Below, one piece after another: positions 35,614 to 38,651 of a stretch of 38,651 nt of DNA (its first letter is position 1; each line of letters starts with the position of its first letter). Source of the DNA: a virus (Duplodnaviria; Caudoviricetes); IMG/VR virus record IMGVR_UViG_3300017700_000457, positions 1 to 38,651 of that record; one strand, 5' to 3'. The translations under genes and the position numbers were made by a program. A model generated the notes under the pieces. That model was not told the origin of the DNA, did not search any database, and worked only from the letters and a program-made list of their open reading frames with translations.

Positions 35614-35925
35614 ATGAAAGCTTTTACCTTCTAGGCATTCGGCAACAGCAAGTCGTATGGCGACATTACCGCACCAGCCAGCATTGTGGTCGTCAAGGGC
35701 GCAGCAAGCAAAAGCGAAGCGCGCGACGTTGCTTCGAAGCACATCGCAAACCTTCGCATCGTCAACGGTGGCCGCGCACATACAAGCGAGCAAGCTGCTG
35801 TAGACCATTCGGAAAGCCGGATCAGCTTGTACAACCGCACCAAGAAACCAGGCGTAGCCGACACGACATTGGTTGTCATCGACATTCGCATGCAGCGCGA
35901 CCTTGCTCGCCTGGTCGGACTGTAA
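35614..35925 (+). pseudogene. First early gene interrupted by an in-frame TAG at codon 7
   Basis: AGGAG SD, ATG 35614, TAG 35632-35634, then open in the same frame to 35925. Confidence 0.6.
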
Positions 35926-35952
35926 TAGCCAGCCCACCCAAGGAAAATTGAA

Positions 35953-36120
35953 ATGATTGATCTTTCCCACCTTCCCGCAAAGAGCCTGGCGCTTGCCGCT
36001 TCCAAGTTTCACAAGATGCCTGCCTCGCCAATGTGTGCCGAAGAAATAGCCGAGCGCCTGGCTGACAGTCGCGCAGCCGATGCATACCTGGCAAAACCAG
36101 CCGAGCGCGCAGAAACCTAA
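35953..36120 (+). CDS. Small hypothetical protein (55 aa)
   Basis: Read by hand; AAGGA SD. Confidence 0.6.
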   Translation: MIDLSHLPAKSLALAASKFHKMPASPMCAEEIAERLADSRAADAYLAKPAERAET

Positions 36121-36140
36121 TGTAGCTCACAGGAGCCGTC

Positions 36141-36281
36141 ATGTACACGAAACCAACGCCGCAACAGGTCAGGGATTGGATGCAGAAGCGGCAAGTGGAT
36201 CAGAAACCACCGCCGACGCCCGAGCAGATTAGACGGGAGCTTGGCTGGGAATTTTTTAAACAGGATAGGGGTACACGATGA
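36141..36281 (+). CDS. Small protein MYTKPTPQQVRDWM...PPPTPEQIRRELGW
   Basis: AGGAG SD; ATGA overlap; motif recalled from Oxalobacteraceae small proteins (unverified). Confidence 0.7.
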   Translation: MYTKPTPQQVRDWMQKRQVDQKPPPTPEQIRRELGWEFFKQDRGTR

Positions 36282-36604
36282 ACACACCGAACAAGCAAGC
36301 CTACTTTGCCCCGCCACTCTCCGGCCAGTTGATCGGCAAGGCATACCAGCACACCGACACGCTGTTTCTGGACCTGTACGGCGCGCTGCCTGATGAGGAT
36401 GACGAGCACTACACGGTCGAGAGCGTCACGCTGGTAGGCGGCACGGTTGACATTGTTGAGCTGTTCACGCGCTCGCAGCTGGACAACATGGGCAAGTACC
36501 TGACGTTCAAGGACGACACGAATCCAACGATGCGTAGCTTTGCGGCCGACTGCAAGCACGAAGCGATGCAGGGGCCGTTTGAGAAGCGGCGCGGGGCGTA
36601 CTGA
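36278..36604 (+). CDS. Hypothetical protein
   Basis: ATGA-coupled ORF. Confidence 0.75.
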   Translation: MNTPNKQAYFAPPLSGQLIGKAYQHTDTLFLDLYGALPDEDDEHYTVESVTLVGGTVDIVELFTRSQLDNMGKYLTFKDDTNPTMRSFAADCKHEAMQGPFEKRRGAY

Positions 36605-36662
36605 ATTCACTAATTACAGGGAGAAATAGCATGAAGACAGCAGCACATACCGGGGCAGCATC

Positions 36663-36782
36663 ATGATCCGCGCCGCCATTCTGTTCACGATAGTAGCGGT
36701 CGTCGCTACTGCATGGATTGCCTCTTGCGTCGAGTCTAGCGAGGCTGCGTATGTGCAGGCTGTGCGCGGGAGCCACCTGTGA
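36663..36782 (+). CDS. Small single-TM peptide
   Basis: MIRAAILFTIVAVVATAWIASC; GTGA overlap with the next gene. Confidence 0.55.
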   Translation: MIRAAILFTIVAVVATAWIASCVESSEAAYVQAVRGSHL

Positions 36783-37075
36783 GCGCCCCGAAGCAAGGCG
36801 ATCTGCGCGTCTGGTGGATTCCGCAAATTGGCATGGGTGCAGTTTTCCATGTCTCAGTATCCACACCAGCCGAAGCAAAGAAGCTGATTGCCGTTCTGGC
36901 CGACTATGACATATTCCAGTTCGAGAACAACGTCACGCCAGATTACAGCAACGTAGGCGGATTGGAGTGCTTCCAGCAGTACGGCGCGCCAGCTTCGGAT
37001 GATGATTTTCCTGACTGGTGCGAATGGGAAGACGAGGACTGCAACAACATCGGCGACCACGAGGTGTCAGCATGA
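36779..37075 (+). CDS. P22 gp17-like (anti-exclusion) protein
   Basis: LRVW.IPQ....F.V.V....E.......LADYD.FQ..NN..PDY.N..GLE matches P22 gp17 as recalled. Confidence 0.85.
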   Translation: MSAPKQGDLRVWWIPQIGMGAVFHVSVSTPAEAKKLIAVLADYDIFQFENNVTPDYSNVGGLECFQQYGAPASDDDFPDWCEWEDEDCNNIGDHEVSA

Positions 37076-37167
37076 CCGCCTACATGAACTGGACCGACCG
37101 CCACCAGGGCGCGGTCGCTCTTGCCGCGCTGGTCGTGTGCTGCATCGGCTTGTGGGTGGGGGCGTAA
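37072..37167 (+). CDS. Small single-TM peptide
   Basis: GAGG SD; coupled at both ends. Confidence 0.55.
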   Translation: MTAYMNWTDRHQGAVALAALVVCCIGLWVGA

Positions 37168-37526
37168 TGGCGATGAACAAGAAAGAGCAAGCCGAGTTCG
37201 ACGCAGCTAAGAAAGCCGTCATCGTAGCGCGTGCGCTGAATTGGAGCGAGCCTGTTGCGCCCGATGTGCCGGCTCCAAGGAATGGCGAGGTACGAGGCTT
37301 CCTATTTGGTCGTGATTGCGCAATGCACGCGCTTTCCTCCCCTGTAAGCCATGCAACGGGCTGGATCGACTCCGAGCCGCCGAAACAGACTTCAAGCCAG
37401 GGAGGGCGGTCTATGTACTCAACAAAGTTGCTTGCACTAAAAGCGCTGCGCCACACGACCGAATTGGAATGCGCCGAAAGACTTGCAAAGATCGATATGC
37501 AGATTGCAAACGAAAAGGAATTATGA
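37167..37526 (+). CDS. Hypothetical phage protein
   Basis: Start reassigned to ATG 37167 (TAATG overlap). Confidence 0.75.
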   Translation: MAMNKKEQAEFDAAKKAVIVARALNWSEPVAPDVPAPRNGEVRGFLFGRDCAMHALSSPVSHATGWIDSEPPKQTSSQGGRSMYSTKLLALKALRHTTELECAERLAKIDMQIANEKEL

Positions 37527-37666
37527 AATCCACCCCACGCATCCCCACGCGCCGCAGTATCGGCGAACGCATCTTCGAGTACATGGAATCCTCGTGGATT
37601 CCTGCCATTGTGATTTACGCGGTGATCGGTATTGCGGTTGCCGCTGCGAATTGGAGCCAACTATGA
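37523..37666 (+). CDS. Small membrane protein
   Basis: AAGGA SD; ATGA overlaps; C-terminal TM. Confidence 0.6.
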   Translation: MKSTPRIPTRRSIGERIFEYMESSWIPAIVIYAVIGIAVAAANWSQL

Positions 37667-37842
37667 AGCGACTACAGCAAGACGCCGCCGACCGCCTGGC
37701 CGAGTTCAAGCAGGCAGAGCGCGCACGGTGGGCGAGAGTGCAAGGTGCTGTGATGACCGGAACATGGTCGCCACCAGAATTGACCGAGCAAGAGCGCATG
37801 GAGCGCGAGCAGCAGATAGACGCTGGAACCATCCCGTTTTGA
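37663..37842 (+). CDS. Small helical protein ending IDAGTIPF
   Basis: GGAG SD; ATGA overlap. Confidence 0.7.
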   Translation: MKRLQQDAADRLAEFKQAERARWARVQGAVMTGTWSPPELTEQERMEREQQIDAGTIPF

Positions 37843-37868
37843 TTCACCCAACCACCTAGGCAGAGCAG

Positions 37869-38447
37869 ATGAAAACATCCGACAGCATCAGCAACATAGC
37901 AGGCGCGCTACTCAAGGCGCAGCAAGAAATCACCTTTGCGGCGAAGGACAGCAAGAACCCGGCGTTCAAGTCCACGTATGCCAACCTGGAATCGGTCATC
38001 GAGGCCATAAAAGGCCCGCTGAACGCTAATGGCATCGTGTTCATGCAAACCTTCAGTCCGTCCAATCCTGGCTTCCTGGCGCTGTCCACGCGCTTGCTGC
38101 ATACCTCCGGTGAATGGATCGAGGACGAAATGACCGTGCCGCTGCAAAAGAACGATGCACAGGGCTACGGCAGTGCCGCCACATATTCGCGCCGCTATGC
38201 GCTGGCCGCAATCACTGGATTGTATCAGGCTGACGATGACGGACAGGAGGCAGCGAAGCCACAGCCTAAACTGGTAGCCGCCAAGGTTGACGTAATGGCG
38301 CTGTTGGCCGCTATGGACGTCGCCGAGACCGTGGGCGAGTTGCAGGAAACTTTCGCCCATGCATGGCGCGAGAGCAAGCAAGACAAGAGCGTTAAGGCGC
38401 ACTACGACAAATTGAAAGCCAAACTTATCGAAGGGAATCCAGCATGA
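37869..38447 (+). CDS. erf: ERF-family single-strand annealing protein
   Basis: KD.KNP.FKS.YA.L, H.SGEWI, Q..GSA.TY.RRYAL.A..G....DDDG. Confidence 0.93.
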   Translation: MKTSDSISNIAGALLKAQQEITFAAKDSKNPAFKSTYANLESVIEAIKGPLNANGIVFMQTFSPSNPGFLALSTRLLHTSGEWIEDEMTVPLQKNDAQGYGSAATYSRRYALAAITGLYQADDDGQEAAKPQPKLVAAKVDVMALLAAMDVAETVGELQETFAHAWRESKQDKSVKAHYDKLKAKLIEGNPA

Positions 38448-38651
38448 ACAACATCACCATTGCCGGCCAATTAGGGAAAGACTGCGAAAGCCGATTTCTA
38501 CCAAATGGCGATGCCATCACGAGTTTTAGCGTGGCAGATAGCCAAGGGCGCGACAAACCCACCATCTGGTGGAATTGCTCCATCTACGGCAAGCGCGGCG
38601 AATCCCTCGCCCAATATCTGACCAAAGGCCAGGCCGTAACAGTTGGCGGCA
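38444..38651 (+). CDS. ssb: SSB, 5' part (continues across the junction to 341)
   Basis: MNNITIAGQLGKD.E.RFLPNGDAITSFSVAD; ATGA overlap with erf. Confidence 0.93.
   Translation, partial: MNNITIAGQLGKDCESRFLPNGDAITSFSVADSQGRDKPTIWWNCSIYGKRGESLAQYLTKGQAVTVGG
38529..38651. repeat. Terminal direct repeat (copy 2), circular-assembly overlap
   Basis: Identical to 1-123. Confidence 0.97.

Overview
The window is an apparently complete, circularly assembled phage genome. Bases 1-123 are identical to 38529-38651, giving a unit length of 38,528 bp with the join inside the ssb gene. It has a P22-like podovirus morphogenesis operon on the minus strand: terS, terL, portal, scaffold, coat, gp4/gp10-like tail proteins, three ejection proteins and a beta-helix tailspike, followed by a lysis cassette. 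The early/replication layout is lambdoid: Cro-like HTH, DUF1376-type initiator with internal iterons, DnaC-like loader, NinG, P22 gp17-like protein, ERF, SSB and mosaic Ea-type genes. I recognised no integrase, CI repressor, N/Q antiterminator or spanin. A betaproteobacterial (Oxalobacteraceae-like) host is a guess from GC content and one small protein family recalled from memory. The most notable items are: (1) a TGT/DpdA-like transglycosylase plus a minimal QueF-like T-fold protein in the nin region; (2) an unannotated 25-aa Pro/Lys-rich peptide translationally coupled to a 4-TM protein at the head of the lysis cassette; (3) a 78-nt C4/CI-type cloverleaf RNA with a complementary target site directly upstream of the replication initiator, in a phage lacking cI; (4) large early genes built from modules delimited by in-frame 12-16 bp direct repeats; (5) a five-gene fibre/lectin-like cassette upstream of terS; (6) a degenerate tRNA-like element with its own promoter. 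All family calls come from motif recognition by eye, with no database search.
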